64,000 bases of DNA from an uncultured virus (IMG/VR IMGVR_UViG_3300027708_000061) (Duplodnaviria > Heunggongvirae > Uroviricota > Caudoviricetes): the IMG/VR virus record IMGVR_UViG_3300027708_000061; one strand, given 5' to 3'. Under the pieces are notes generated by a model. That model saw only the letters and a list, made by a program, of their open reading frames with translations, was not told the origin of the DNA and made no database searches. Below, in pieces: positions 46,344 through 54,820 of the stretch. Position numbers and translations under genes: made by a program. Each line of letters starts with the position of its first letter. The first letter of the stretch is position 1.

Positions 46344-46637
46344 TTACTCGGCTATGGAGGTACTTTCAGGGTCAATGCCACGCTCTTTTAGGGCGTCCTT
46401 AACCTTGTCTGAGACAGTTGGTTGCTGTGGAGGCTGAAGAGCCAACACAATACGGCTGACTAGAGCCTGTGCCTTTAGTTCTTCAATGATGGTCTGTGAG
46501 ACGTTTAGCACATCTCCAGCATCAGCCACACGAGCAGCCTCCACAGGCTCCGTTAGGTCTTCAAGTTTGACAGCAAATGTGCCATCAGTGTGTAGTAGTA
46601 CCAAGAATGCTACTTCTACTTGCTTGTCGTTTGCCAT
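46344..46637 (-). CDS. hypothetical protein
   Basis: 97 aa, AAGGAG RBS. Confidence 0.7.
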   Translation of the reverse strand: MANDKQVEVAFLVLLHTDGTFAVKLEDLTEPVEAARVADAGDVLNVSQTIIEELKAQALVSRIVLALQPPQQPTVSDKVKDALKERGIDPESTSIAE

Positions 46638-46745
46638 TTATTTCTCCTTGTTTACTAGACGACGCTTGATTGCATCGAATACCTTTGGTCGTTTTTTGGA
46701 CGCTTTACCGTTTTGACGGTTAGTGTTACGAGCACCTTTTGCCAT
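46638..46745 (-). CDS. 35-aa basic peptide (not in ORF track)
   Basis: MAKGARNTNRQNGKASKKRPKVFDAIKRRLVNKEK. Confidence 0.6.
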   Translation of the reverse strand: MAKGARNTNRQNGKASKKRPKVFDAIKRRLVNKEK

Positions 46746-46753
46746 GCTATTCC

Positions 46754-47317
46754 TTACTTGTCGTATAAGCCAAGGATTTGGCGTTTACGACTTGTTACTA
46801 CTGAGTGTACAGGACAGAAGTTACAAATGTAAACCTTTGGTCCTGGGGCATCTGCTGGACTAGGGAGACCTAACTCCTTACGCTCCGCAGCGGTCTTAGG
46901 GAGAATACGCTTCTGTGGAGTCTGGTAATCTCCACAGCCATCTTTAGGGCTTAGGCGAGACTTCCAGCAGTTCATAGCGTCTTCAGCAAAGGTCATCTTG
47001 CTGTCGTAGAATGACTTGTCTGGGTCAAGGGCGTCCAAACCTATGGAGCCACCCTGTCCGAGTTGCTGTAGAACAGCCTTACGCTTTTCTGGACTAGCCC
47101 AGTAAGACACTGGGACTTTAAACAGTTTGCCTACATGAGGCTCACCCGATGGGAACTTATGCTTTTCAATGGAGACCTCCAGAAGGAAGTCTTCCTCTAC
47201 TTTGCCATCCCAATCTGGTAGTTCTTCCCAGGTGTTGCAGACTAGGCAACGTAGTAGGCGAATAAGCGGACCCTTGTGCTCCATTTGTCTTGAGCCAAGT
47301 AATGGAATGTCTGACAT
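46754..47317 (-). CDS. Cys-containing hypothetical protein
   Basis: CLVC, CNFC. Confidence 0.75.
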   Translation of the reverse strand: MSDIPLLGSRQMEHKGPLIRLLRCLVCNTWEELPDWDGKVEEDFLLEVSIEKHKFPSGEPHVGKLFKVPVSYWASPEKRKAVLQQLGQGGSIGLDALDPDKSFYDSKMTFAEDAMNCWKSRLSPKDGCGDYQTPQKRILPKTAAERKELGLPSPADAPGPKVYICNFCPVHSVVTSRKRQILGLYDK

Positions 47318-47330
47318 GTAATGCTCCTTG

Positions 47331-47552
47331 TTAGTTGTACTTTGGTTTGTTCCCTTTTTTGTAGTTACTTATTTCGCTTGTTTTAAGATTCTTTTTTACT
47401 TTTCCGTCTGGACCTTTGGGTAAAGCAGGGTTGAAATTAAATGACAACGGGTCAGTACTACCGCCATAAGCCATTTTATAGCGAATGACTTTCAGTTTAT
47501 CGTACAAATCACTTCTTTTAGTTGATTTGCTTCTGTCTGGAGGGGTAGCCAT
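47331..47552 (-). CDS. small basic protein (MATPPDR)
   Basis: 73 aa, coupled. Confidence 0.65.
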   Translation of the reverse strand: MATPPDRSKSTKRSDLYDKLKVIRYKMAYGGSTDPLSFNFNPALPKGPDGKVKKNLKTSEISNYKKGNKPKYN

Positions 47553-47890
47553 TAGATTCTCGCTAGTCCCTGACCGCTCTTAAAGTGGTCATTTAGTCCT
47601 AGGGCACGACGAACAATGCCTTGGTGGTTTGAAGTAGTAACACTGTGCTTTTGGTCTGGGACTACCCAACCGTTATCCCCATGCCATGCAATAGGTGTTC
47701 CATAAGAATGAACTACATAGTTAGGGTTGTCTGCTGACAATCTATCTGCGTTTTCTTTGTTCAAACGACCAGTGTTTGATGGGGTGTAGTTAACAGGGCT
47801 ACCTGAGAAGTTGTTTCCTTGAAAGGCTTCTCTAGCAACAATTGCTTCTGCAGCACCGTTTCTGTTAGATACTCTCTTTGGTTTAGCCAT
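47552..47890 (-). CDS. phage hypothetical protein
   Basis: YVVHSYGTPIAW...SVTTSNHQ. Confidence 0.75.
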   Translation of the reverse strand: MAKPKRVSNRNGAAEAIVAREAFQGNNFSGSPVNYTPSNTGRLNKENADRLSADNPNYVVHSYGTPIAWHGDNGWVVPDQKHSVTTSNHQGIVRRALGLNDHFKSGQGLARI

Positions 47891-47892
47891 GG

Positions 47893-48243
47893 TTATCTCC
47901 TACCAAATGGCACTGCCATGTTTGGGTTTAAGTTTGGGTCTTTAGGCTTCTTAGGACCTTTAGGTTTTTTAGCAGGTTGTCCACCAAGAGGTCCATCTGG
48001 GTTGTTAGGGTCACGAGGAGGTTGCTGTGGAGCAGATGCTTTCTTTGATGCTCTGCGGTGCTGGCGAAGAGTGGTGCCAGGACCTTTTGGACCTTTCCAG
48101 TTTGGGTCAGCATAGTTTGCTAGGTTTTGTTTTGAACTGGTTCTGTCAGGCTGCTTTGAGGCAGCCATGTCTGCCAGTTTCTTAATGCCTGAAGGCAGGT
48201 GACTGCCGTAAGGGGCTCTGTCTGGGGGTCTATTTGCTGGCAT
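47893..48243 (-). CDS. Pro/Lys-rich protein (MPANRPP leader)
   Basis: 116 aa. Confidence 0.7.
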   Translation of the reverse strand: MPANRPPDRAPYGSHLPSGIKKLADMAASKQPDRTSSKQNLANYADPNWKGPKGPGTTLRQHRRASKKASAPQQPPRDPNNPDGPLGGQPAKKPKGPKKPKDPNLNPNMAVPFGRR

Positions 48244-48245
48244 GA

Positions 48246-48611
48246 TTATCTACCGTTCAATCTCTTTAGTGCGTCTTGAATGTGAGCAGTCGTAACTGGT
48301 CCGCCAAATCTATTAGCGTTGTCTATGGCGTTGTCTTTTGCTTCGCCAACCTGACGGTTATTGTAGCCATGAAACTCGCTGCTTGGAGCCTTTAGGTGTT
48401 CTTCTGACTTTCCGTCGTTGTGTGAACGAGGCTTCTCTGGAGTTGACATTGGGGTTGGAGTGTGCGATGGTGTTCCAGGTATTGAAGGAGTAGGTCTGCT
48501 ACCCATTGCCTGTCCTGGACGAGGAACTCCTGGGATGTTGATGTGAGGGTTCATCTCGACTACTGGACCAGCACCAGCACCTGCTTTATTGCGTCTTCTA
48601 AATAGTGGCAT
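48246..48611 (-). CDS. Pro-rich hypothetical protein
   Basis: 121 aa, coupled. Confidence 0.7.
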   Translation of the reverse strand: MPLFRRRNKAGAGAGPVVEMNPHINIPGVPRPGQAMGSRPTPSIPGTPSHTPTPMSTPEKPRSHNDGKSEEHLKAPSSEFHGYNNRQVGEAKDNAIDNANRFGGPVTTAHIQDALKRLNGR

Positions 48612-48817
48612 TATTTACCTGGATTCTGCTTTTCTTGGTACTCGGTAGTAGCAAAACCATACCCATAGAATGGGTGTAGGCTCTGGCGGTTATCCAGAAT
48701 CTGCTCGTTACCTTGTAGGTCTAGTACTTGGGTGTCAGGACGAATCTTGCGGTACTTACCATCGGTAGCACCTTCGCCTAGGCTTTCGTTCATTGAACGG
48801 GATGTGTTCACTGCCAT
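48611..48817 (-). CDS. hypothetical protein
   Basis: 68 aa. Confidence 0.7.
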   Translation of the reverse strand: MAVNTSRSMNESLGEGATDGKYRKIRPDTQVLDLQGNEQILDNRQSLHPFYGYGFATTEYQEKQNPGK

Positions 48818-48832
48818 GATTGCTTCTTTCTA

Positions 48833-49141
48833 TTAGATTTGGATGTTTGTAGGGTCTTGACCATTTTTAATTGCGTCTCTTTTGCCCTGAATTCTTAATT
48901 GGTCTGCTTCGTCCACTGTTTGAGAAGCAGAGGTCGCATCTCCGTCATGATAATGGAGAAGGTTTTGTTTAGCCGTTTGAAGGTTAGCCTGTGCGGCATA
49001 AAGTCTTCTGAAGTCGGTTGATTGACCCACCGCTCTGCCGTGTTCGTCTAGAGCCTTTAGGTAGTCCAAGGCAACCTGTATTTGCATAGCCTTTTTAGGG
49101 TTAATGTCCTTGGCACCACGACGGTTGGAGTTTACAAGCAT
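48833..49141 (-). CDS. hypothetical protein
   Basis: 102 aa, coupled. Confidence 0.65.
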   Translation of the reverse strand: MLVNSNRRGAKDINPKKAMQIQVALDYLKALDEHGRAVGQSTDFRRLYAAQANLQTAKQNLLHYHDGDATSASQTVDEADQLRIQGKRDAIKNGQDPTNIQI

Positions 49142-49341
49142 TAGGCAAGTTTTCCTTTCACTCGTCTAGCCATTCTGTCTTCATAGCATGGAGGGCACAT
49201 ACCTTTGCTGTACATAAACTCCACAGGGTTCATGATGATGCCGCAGGTAGGGCAAAGCATGTTCCTCTTATTAAGGTTAGCATTTTTCTGGATTGTGTAA
49301 GCCTGAAGTGCCATCGTTTCTCCGCCACCTTCATCAAACAT
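49141..49341 (-). CDS. small Zn-finger protein
   Basis: CPTC...CPPC. Confidence 0.7.
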   Translation of the reverse strand: MFDEGGGETMALQAYTIQKNANLNKRNMLCPTCGIIMNPVEFMYSKGMCPPCYEDRMARRVKGKLA

Positions 49342-49720
49342 TGCTACTCGCTTCCGCTTCGTGCTTGGTTAGGGCTGCGTGGGATTGAATTGCCGAGTTC
49401 AGGGCTGCAGAGGCTTCTGTATGGGCAAGACTGTTTGGTAGGTGTACACCAATTAGGTTTACCGCACTAGATAAGTGCTGAATTGCTGTTGCCGCAGTCT
49501 GACGACTAGAGCCACCACGAGCCTCTTTTAACGAGGTGTTTAGAGCAGAATAAGCGTTTGCCATGTGCTCATCGAACTGGCTAGTAATTCGGTAGGACTT
49601 ATCTGCAAGTCTGTACCCGTGATTTCTTATCGTATGGAGGTTAGCCGCTATGTTGTTGATGTGCTTTTGGGCTGTGTTTACTCCACCTCTAAAAGGTTTA
49701 AAAACAAGATTTGTTGCCAT
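49334..49720 (-). CDS. His/Ala-rich helical protein
   Basis: 128 aa, coupled. Confidence 0.65.
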   Translation of the reverse strand: MATNLVFKPFRGGVNTAQKHINNIAANLHTIRNHGYRLADKSYRITSQFDEHMANAYSALNTSLKEARGGSSRQTAATAIQHLSSAVNLIGVHLPNSLAHTEASAALNSAIQSHAALTKHEAEASSNV

Positions 49721-49902
49721 TACTGTTCTTTACTTTCGTTGATTGCTTTGGTATCTGCGGATTTTTTAGTTCTGGCTCTACGAGTACGTTTGTCTGCGTG
49801 GATGCCAGCGGCGTTGCTTCTGCGGATTTGACGCATGCCTTCGGCTAAGGCTGGATTAGCCCAATGAATACTGGCTCTGTTTGGCGGTCTGTTTGCTGGC
49901 AT
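49720..49902 (-). CDS. small basic protein (MPANRPP leader)
   Basis: 60 aa, coupled. Confidence 0.7.
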   Translation of the reverse strand: MPANRPPNRASIHWANPALAEGMRQIRRSNAAGIHADKRTRRARTKKSADTKAINESKEQ

Positions 49903-50507
49903 TAGGCTTGGCTTCCTAATTGGTCTTTTCTGTTGTCTTTTCCAATTAATTCTGCTGCTGCGTAGCCAAAATCATTGTCGTTAATTGTTGGGGCTCGCAG
50001 TCCGCCTTGGAAGGCAGGACTATAAAACTTTTGACCAGTTTGTTTTGCAGAAATTGCAGGGTGTGCGACATTTCGGTCAGCGGCTAAAAAGGCAACGTCA
50101 GGTCTTCCACTGACTTTAAATTTCCAGTTAGCAGGCTTGTACTCATCGGCAAATGGTTGATAGGCAACAGCCTTCATTCCTCCACGAGCATAGCCTTCAG
50201 TTAAAAAACCATCAAATGCTGAGGCGTGAGAGGCTCCGCCCATTAAAATACCATGTTCTGCGGCGTGTCTTGCTACATCTTCGTATGGAGCAGACGGGTG
50301 CTTAAATACTGAGTGTAGTTCTCCTTCTGGAGATACAGCGTATCCAGCCAATCCGTCTCTAGTCAAAAACATTTTAGAGGAGATTAAATCTTGTAATGGT
50401 TTTAGGTCTACAGAGGCACCGTGCTTTTGGGCTTTTTTAGCAGTACGAATCTTGTCTAAGAAAATAGACGCTTCTGATGGTGCTAGTTCTTCAAAATGGG
50501 GTTGCAT
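49902..50507 (-). CDS. GNAT-like domain of the kind seen in phage polyvalent proteins
   Basis: DGLAGYAV...SVFKHP...AFDGFL...RPDVAF; recalled pattern. Confidence 0.55.
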   Translation of the reverse strand: MQPHFEELAPSEASIFLDKIRTAKKAQKHGASVDLKPLQDLISSKMFLTRDGLAGYAVSPEGELHSVFKHPSAPYEDVARHAAEHGILMGGASHASAFDGFLTEGYARGGMKAVAYQPFADEYKPANWKFKVSGRPDVAFLAADRNVAHPAISAKQTGQKFYSPAFQGGLRAPTINDNDFGYAAAELIGKDNRKDQLGSQA

Positions 50508-50890
50508 TAGACTCCTTCTAATCCATTACGTGTGCTACCTGAGTAACTGCCAACACCACCAGAGAACCACTGAACTCTTGGTTCCATGTAAACTCTGTCA
50601 GCACTGACTACATCGTCAATTCCTGGCTGCTCCATAATGTACCCAGTTTTTTGTGGAAACAATTGAATCTGAGGTAATGGAGGTCTTACCATTTCTTGGA
50701 TAAGTTGACGCTTCATGCTGTTTACAACTAGAGCCTGTTGAATCAACTTCTCTTCGTTGCTTGACCATGGACCACGGTATGACCAGTTACCTGATTGCCC
50801 AGGACCAGACCATGGCTTAGTGTGGTCGTAACGACCATCAGTTTCATTGCTTCCATAACCGAAGCCCGAGGTAGCGAGATTTGCTGGCAT
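50507..50890 (-). CDS. hypothetical protein (MPAN start)
   Basis: 127 aa. Confidence 0.7.
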   Translation of the reverse strand: MPANLATSGFGYGSNETDGRYDHTKPWSGPGQSGNWSYRGPWSSNEEKLIQQALVVNSMKRQLIQEMVRPPLPQIQLFPQKTGYIMEQPGIDDVVSADRVYMEPRVQWFSGGVGSYSGSTRNGLEGV

Positions 50891-50891
50891 C

Positions 50892-51425
50892 TTATCTCCA
50901 CACTGGCTTCAAGTAATTCAAGGCGTTGGCACGTTGGGCGTTAATAACAGTTGGACCATTAGCCACAGTGTTTGCCTTACCGTCATTTACTAGGTGTGGA
51001 GCAGGTACGAGGTTGAGGTCTTGACCCATTCTCGGGGTTTTCCAGACTACAACTCCGTTGTCCAGTACTTGCTTTGCTTTCATTTGACGCTTAATGCCCA
51101 TGTCTGCGTTAAAACTTGGTGACCAGTAGTACATAGATGGCTCAATACGCTCACCCTTATGGACACCACGCTGGTAAGACTTTTGCCCTAGGCGACTCTT
51201 AATGGAGTCAAGTAAGCGGTCATCACGACGGCTGCGGATGGTACCTAAGTAGCCATCAGGGTATTCTGCTTGTGGAACACGTCCAGTACCGATACGCATA
51301 GCGTCCAGTTCACCACGTGCAACAGGACCACCAAAACCACCTTGGTTGTTGTAACCACTGAAGCCGTTACCGCCAAGAGATTGCCAGTTTTGCTGGGCAC
51401 TATAGTTATTTACTCCACCTGCCAT
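50892..51425 (-). CDS. hypothetical protein
   Basis: 177 aa. Confidence 0.75.
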   Translation of the reverse strand: MAGGVNNYSAQQNWQSLGGNGFSGYNNQGGFGGPVARGELDAMRIGTGRVPQAEYPDGYLGTIRSRRDDRLLDSIKSRLGQKSYQRGVHKGERIEPSMYYWSPSFNADMGIKRQMKAKQVLDNGVVVWKTPRMGQDLNLVPAPHLVNDGKANTVANGPTVINAQRANALNYLKPVWR

Positions 51426-51426
51426 G

Positions 51427-52239
51427 CTAGTTCAACCATTTCGCTTCTGGATGTGGAGCCCCTGGAAGACCAAACGACCTAGCGTGCTCCATAGTGGCTA
51501 GGAATTGCTGACCTACGTTAGCAGGCAATCCAATAGATGACTGTGCTGTAAGTGTTGTTGGCAAAATTAACTGGTTTGGAGTAGGCAAAAACTTTAAAGT
51601 AGACGGCAAAACAATAGTCTTGCCCTTTACATAAGAACCTGGTGGCTGTCCACCAAAGTTGTTGGTGCTATTTTGCCCACGAGTACCTGCAGCCATGGCT
51701 CCACGAGCCAAAGGAGTAAACATGCCAAAGTGGCTACGGAAAGCAGCCTCTTCTCCAGCAGGATTGAAATTACGACCAGAACCAGCGTGACCAAATACGT
51801 CATGAACGGCACGGAACATGTCGTTTTCATCATCAGTAAAGAAAGGATGTGAACCAGTGCTTTTAGTGGCGAGGCTCTTGATTCTGCCTTCGGAAACATC
51901 GTTAAACATGGCACGAGCAGATGGGTATGGGTCTTCTGCGGTAATAGTATGAAATAGACCTAACCCACCTTTAGCAACTGGTTTAGTCATAAAATCGTAT
52001 TGACGACCAATTTCATCACGCATGGCTCTGTAATGTGGCAGTGCCGCTGGGTCAAAGTCAGGTGCTGCTAGATAGTCTCTAGCGATACCCTGTGCTTGTG
52101 GCAAATCCACTGCTATGTTATTGAAAGACGCTGGGCGTGGAGCAAGACCCATTTGTTGAGTGTAGTCAGCGGCTCCTCTGGCTATTGCTGGAACAGCAGC
52201 CTGAATTCCTACGTTAAACTCTGCGGCACCTCTAGGCAT
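51427..52239 (-). CDS. HDxxGH-motif protein (metalloenzyme-like)
   Basis: NDMFRAVHDVFGH...GEEAA...TRGQNS. Confidence 0.6.
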   Translation of the reverse strand: MPRGAAEFNVGIQAAVPAIARGAADYTQQMGLAPRPASFNNIAVDLPQAQGIARDYLAAPDFDPAALPHYRAMRDEIGRQYDFMTKPVAKGGLGLFHTITAEDPYPSARAMFNDVSEGRIKSLATKSTGSHPFFTDDENDMFRAVHDVFGHAGSGRNFNPAGEEAAFRSHFGMFTPLARGAMAAGTRGQNSTNNFGGQPPGSYVKGKTIVLPSTLKFLPTPNQLILPTTLTAQSSIGLPANVGQQFLATMEHARSFGLPGAPHPEAKWLN

Positions 52240-52520
52240 TAGTAACCGCCTTCTTGCTTTACAGGTTCTTCATTTTGACTCAAGAAAGTACCGCTAGTTG
52301 CAGTCTGGTAAGACAAAACTCCTGGGTGTTCGTCGCTGTGGGTCTGCTTGTTAAAATCACTCACGGCAATGTTAAACGCACCAGATTTCTGGTTTACTTT
52401 ACCTTTTGACTGAATTTGTCCTGATTCTACGGGGGACTCAATACCTACGATTTTAAACTGAGGTTGAGACATTACTCGGTGCTTTTGTAGCACTCCTTGA
52501 GCACGTGGACTAAGTGCCAT
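52239..52520 (-). CDS. hypothetical protein
   Basis: 93 aa. Confidence 0.65.
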   Translation of the reverse strand: MALSPRAQGVLQKHRVMSQPQFKIVGIESPVESGQIQSKGKVNQKSGAFNIAVSDFNKQTHSDEHPGVLSYQTATSGTFLSQNEEPVKQEGGY

Positions 52521-52746
52521 AAACTGCTCCGTAGTCTACGTCGCTTCTGCCTCCAGTAGCGGCGTCATACGAACGTGGTGGAGTATTAGGACCACGCTCA
52601 ATAACCCCCCGAGCATGCGACTTTAATCCTACGGAGTTTGCATTGGCTCCAGGGGTAGAGGAAGCGGCATTAGCGTTCCAATGGACACCTGGGTCCGATG
52701 GAAGGCTAAATGCTTGCTGACTCTGCAAAATTGATGCGGACATCAA
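52510..52746 (-). CDS. hypothetical protein
   Basis: 78 aa. Confidence 0.6.
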   Translation of the reverse strand: MMSASILQSQQAFSLPSDPGVHWNANAASSTPGANANSVGLKSHARGVIERGPNTPPRSYDAATGGRSDVDYGAVYGT

Positions 52747-52753
52747 TTAATCC

Positions 52754-53200
52754 TTACTGGTTTGCGTATTCCATACCAGACTGGAAGTTTGGGTTCTGGC
52801 GACCTGGAACAGATGGAACAATCTTGGCACTCTGCATGGTTGGACCAGCAGCAGGGTCAATTGTTGGGGTAAACGGAACAGTAATACGGTACTGAGCACC
52901 GTGACGCTCGTCGTAAGGTACGTTCTGCTTGTTCTGCTTGGTTCCCATACCAGTTGGGTCTCCCGCCTGCAGGTTCTTCTTAGGAATTAGGGCTCCTTGA
53001 AGTGCTGGGGCTGGGGTAGCCTGATAGATTGCATCGCCTACTGGAATACGGCTTGAACCGACTTCCTGTGCCGCTGCATAGGCTTCGTGATGGGTTGGGT
53101 GATTGCGTTCACGCATGTTGGCTCCTGCCGATTCGTGGTGATTTGAAGGCAGACCTGCACGTTTACGCATGCCATGCCCCATTGATGTCCATTTAGCCAT
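52754..53200 (-). CDS. hypothetical protein, first gene of second orphan array
   Basis: AAGGAG RBS. Confidence 0.75.
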   Translation of the reverse strand: MAKWTSMGHGMRKRAGLPSNHHESAGANMRERNHPTHHEAYAAAQEVGSSRIPVGDAIYQATPAPALQGALIPKKNLQAGDPTGMGTKQNKQNVPYDERHGAQYRITVPFTPTIDPAAGPTMQSAKIVPSVPGRQNPNFQSGMEYANQ

Positions 53201-53223
53201 GGATAACTCCTTTGCTTACTACT

Positions 53224-53259
53224 AGAGTAAGGCTTTTTTAACTTGCTGAAATGGCAAAC
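53224..53259 (-). promoter_or_regulatory. putative late promoter GTTTGC-N24-TACTCT
   Basis: Same geometry; heads the array. Confidence 0.55.
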
Positions 53260-53540
53260 ACGATTGCACTTATCTCGCCATCACGGCTATCGATAGTAGT
53301 GAAACCTGGTTTGCATGTAAGGTCTAAACCTCTTGGGGCAACATAACCACGAGCAATGGCAATAGCCTTTACTGCTTGGTTAACTGCTCCAGCACCAACT
53401 GCACGGAGTTTTACTTGACGGCTTTCATAAATAGCGTGTGCTATTGCCGAGGCTACGGATTGTGGATTTGAACTATTGCTTACACGGAGGTAATCTTCTA
53501 CCGTTGAGGGTAGGGTTTCAGGGGTGAGTTCTTCGCTCAT
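53238..53540 (-). CDS. spoVS: SpoVS-family protein (Alba-like fold)
   Basis: LRVS..SNPQSVA.AIA...AVGAGAVNQAVKAIAIARGY. Confidence 0.9.
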   Translation of the reverse strand: MSEELTPETLPSTVEDYLRVSNSSNPQSVASAIAHAIYESRQVKLRAVGAGAVNQAVKAIAIARGYVAPRGLDLTCKPGFTTIDSRDGEISAIVFAISAS

Positions 53541-53596
53541 TTGTGGTCCTTAGAATACGGGTTATACGCCTACCTCCATCTAAGGATAAAGGAAAT

Positions 53597-54184
53597 CTAG
53601 TTGATTTGGTCCCTATACTTAGGGTCTTTTATTTGTTCGGCTACTGCGTTTTCGATGACCCCTTCAGAAATTTTTCCAGCAAGCCTTGCCAGAGCGTAGG
53701 AATCTGCGGCGTTATCGTCGTTGAACTCGACACCCCACCGCTTGTAGATTTGGAGCAGCATCTCCTGCTTTTTGGCGTTTCCCTTGCCTGCAGCGTACTT
53801 TTTGAGGGTCATTGGGGGTATTTGTAGGGGTGTCTGGAGGTGAGGTTGCTTCGTGTACTCGTCAAAGTAGTCCCAAAGAGTCAGTTTTACAGTGGCTGAT
53901 AGTTCTCCAAGAACTAGGGCTGACTGGCTGGCTAGGACTGTCCCCTCCATAGCCACGTCCACAATGTAATAGTCTCTAAAGGACTCTATTTTCTCCATAA
54001 GCCAGCGAGAGATGTCCTTTAGTCTTTGGACTCCATTGTATGGAGACTTGTAGACATAGGTAACAAACTGGTCTGGGGCATCTGTATCAAGAAAGGTGAC
54101 TGCAAACCCTGTTAAGGATTGGTCAATGCCTATGGAGATTGAGGTTGGGTTATCGATGCCTGACCCAAACCGTTTCTCGGTCAT
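53597..54184 (-). CDS. RuvC-like resolvase
   Basis: IGIDQS, AME, LKKYAAGKGNAKK, DDNAADS. Confidence 0.85.
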   Translation of the reverse strand: MTEKRFGSGIDNPTSISIGIDQSLTGFAVTFLDTDAPDQFVTYVYKSPYNGVQRLKDISRWLMEKIESFRDYYIVDVAMEGTVLASQSALVLGELSATVKLTLWDYFDEYTKQPHLQTPLQIPPMTLKKYAAGKGNAKKQEMLLQIYKRWGVEFNDDNAADSYALARLAGKISEGVIENAVAEQIKDPKYRDQIN

Positions 54185-54285
54185 TTCTTTTCTTGTTTTT
54201 CAGCCCAAGTAATTAAGGCTAGTGCAGCCTTAACAACAACGTAGCCAATGGCAAAGCCACCTAGTATCCAAAGTACTTGCTCCAT
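54181..54285 (-). CDS. 34-aa single-TM peptide (not in ORF track)
   Basis: MEQVLWILGGFAIGYVVV...; ATGA overlap. Confidence 0.55.
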   Translation of the reverse strand: MEQVLWILGGFAIGYVVVKAALALITWAEKQEKK

Positions 54286-54287
54286 AG

Positions 54288-54512
54288 TTATTTTCCTTCA
54301 CACATTTGTATTGCCAACGCTTCTGTGGCGTACTTGTCCCAGCAGGTTGCTGGCTTTTTATCGTGGCACTCGTATTGAGAATGTGTGCCACTTAAATCTT
54401 GGTACTCAATAGTTCCGCAGTCGTGTTGCGAATTAAAAATTATGATTACACAGGCTATAAAGAACAATGCTAATGAAATAAAAAGCATTTTGGCATCTTT
54501 ACTCATCTTCAT
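54288..54512 (-). CDS. small membrane-anchored Cys protein
   Basis: N-terminal TM. Confidence 0.6.
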   Translation of the reverse strand: MKMSKDAKMLFISLALFFIACVIIIFNSQHDCGTIEYQDLSGTHSQYECHDKKPATCWDKYATEALAIQMCEGK

Positions 54513-54618
54513 CTTCTACCCATGCAAAGTACTTGTAGGACTCACAAGTATTACAGTAGTTGTAGTCATCTTGGACTGCGTCTTGACCGCATCCTGTACA
54601 AATAAACTTTTCAGCCAT
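54499..54618 (-). CDS. 39-aa Zn-finger peptide (not in ORF track)
   Basis: CTGC...CNTC; AAGGAG RBS. Confidence 0.6.
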   Translation of the reverse strand: MAEKFICTGCGQDAVQDDYNYCNTCESYKYFAWVEDEDE

Positions 54619-54820
54619 TGATTTCTCCTTTGATAAGAGCGATAAGTTTGCCAAGTTCGATTTCAACATAGCCTGTAACTTCCGCTTGTGTTTCTAGCAG
54701 TTTAATGATACGTTCACGCTCGGCAATAACGCCTGTGTCAAAAGCGATGTCGGCAATTGATGCTGGTTTGTTGGCATTCATTGGATTGTATTTAAGGTAC
54801 AGGTCTTTCCACCTAGCCAC
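54611..54820 (-). CDS. hypothetical protein
   Basis: ERERIIKLLE; start uncertain. Confidence 0.65.
   Translation of the reverse strand: MARWKDLYLKYNPMNANKPASIADIAFDTGVIAERERIIKLLETQAEVTGYVEIELGKLIALIKGEING

Noticed and set aside
23373..48817. Shared C-terminal GR/GK ends as a protein motif
   Set aside because: Explained by the next gene's RBS overlapping the last codons
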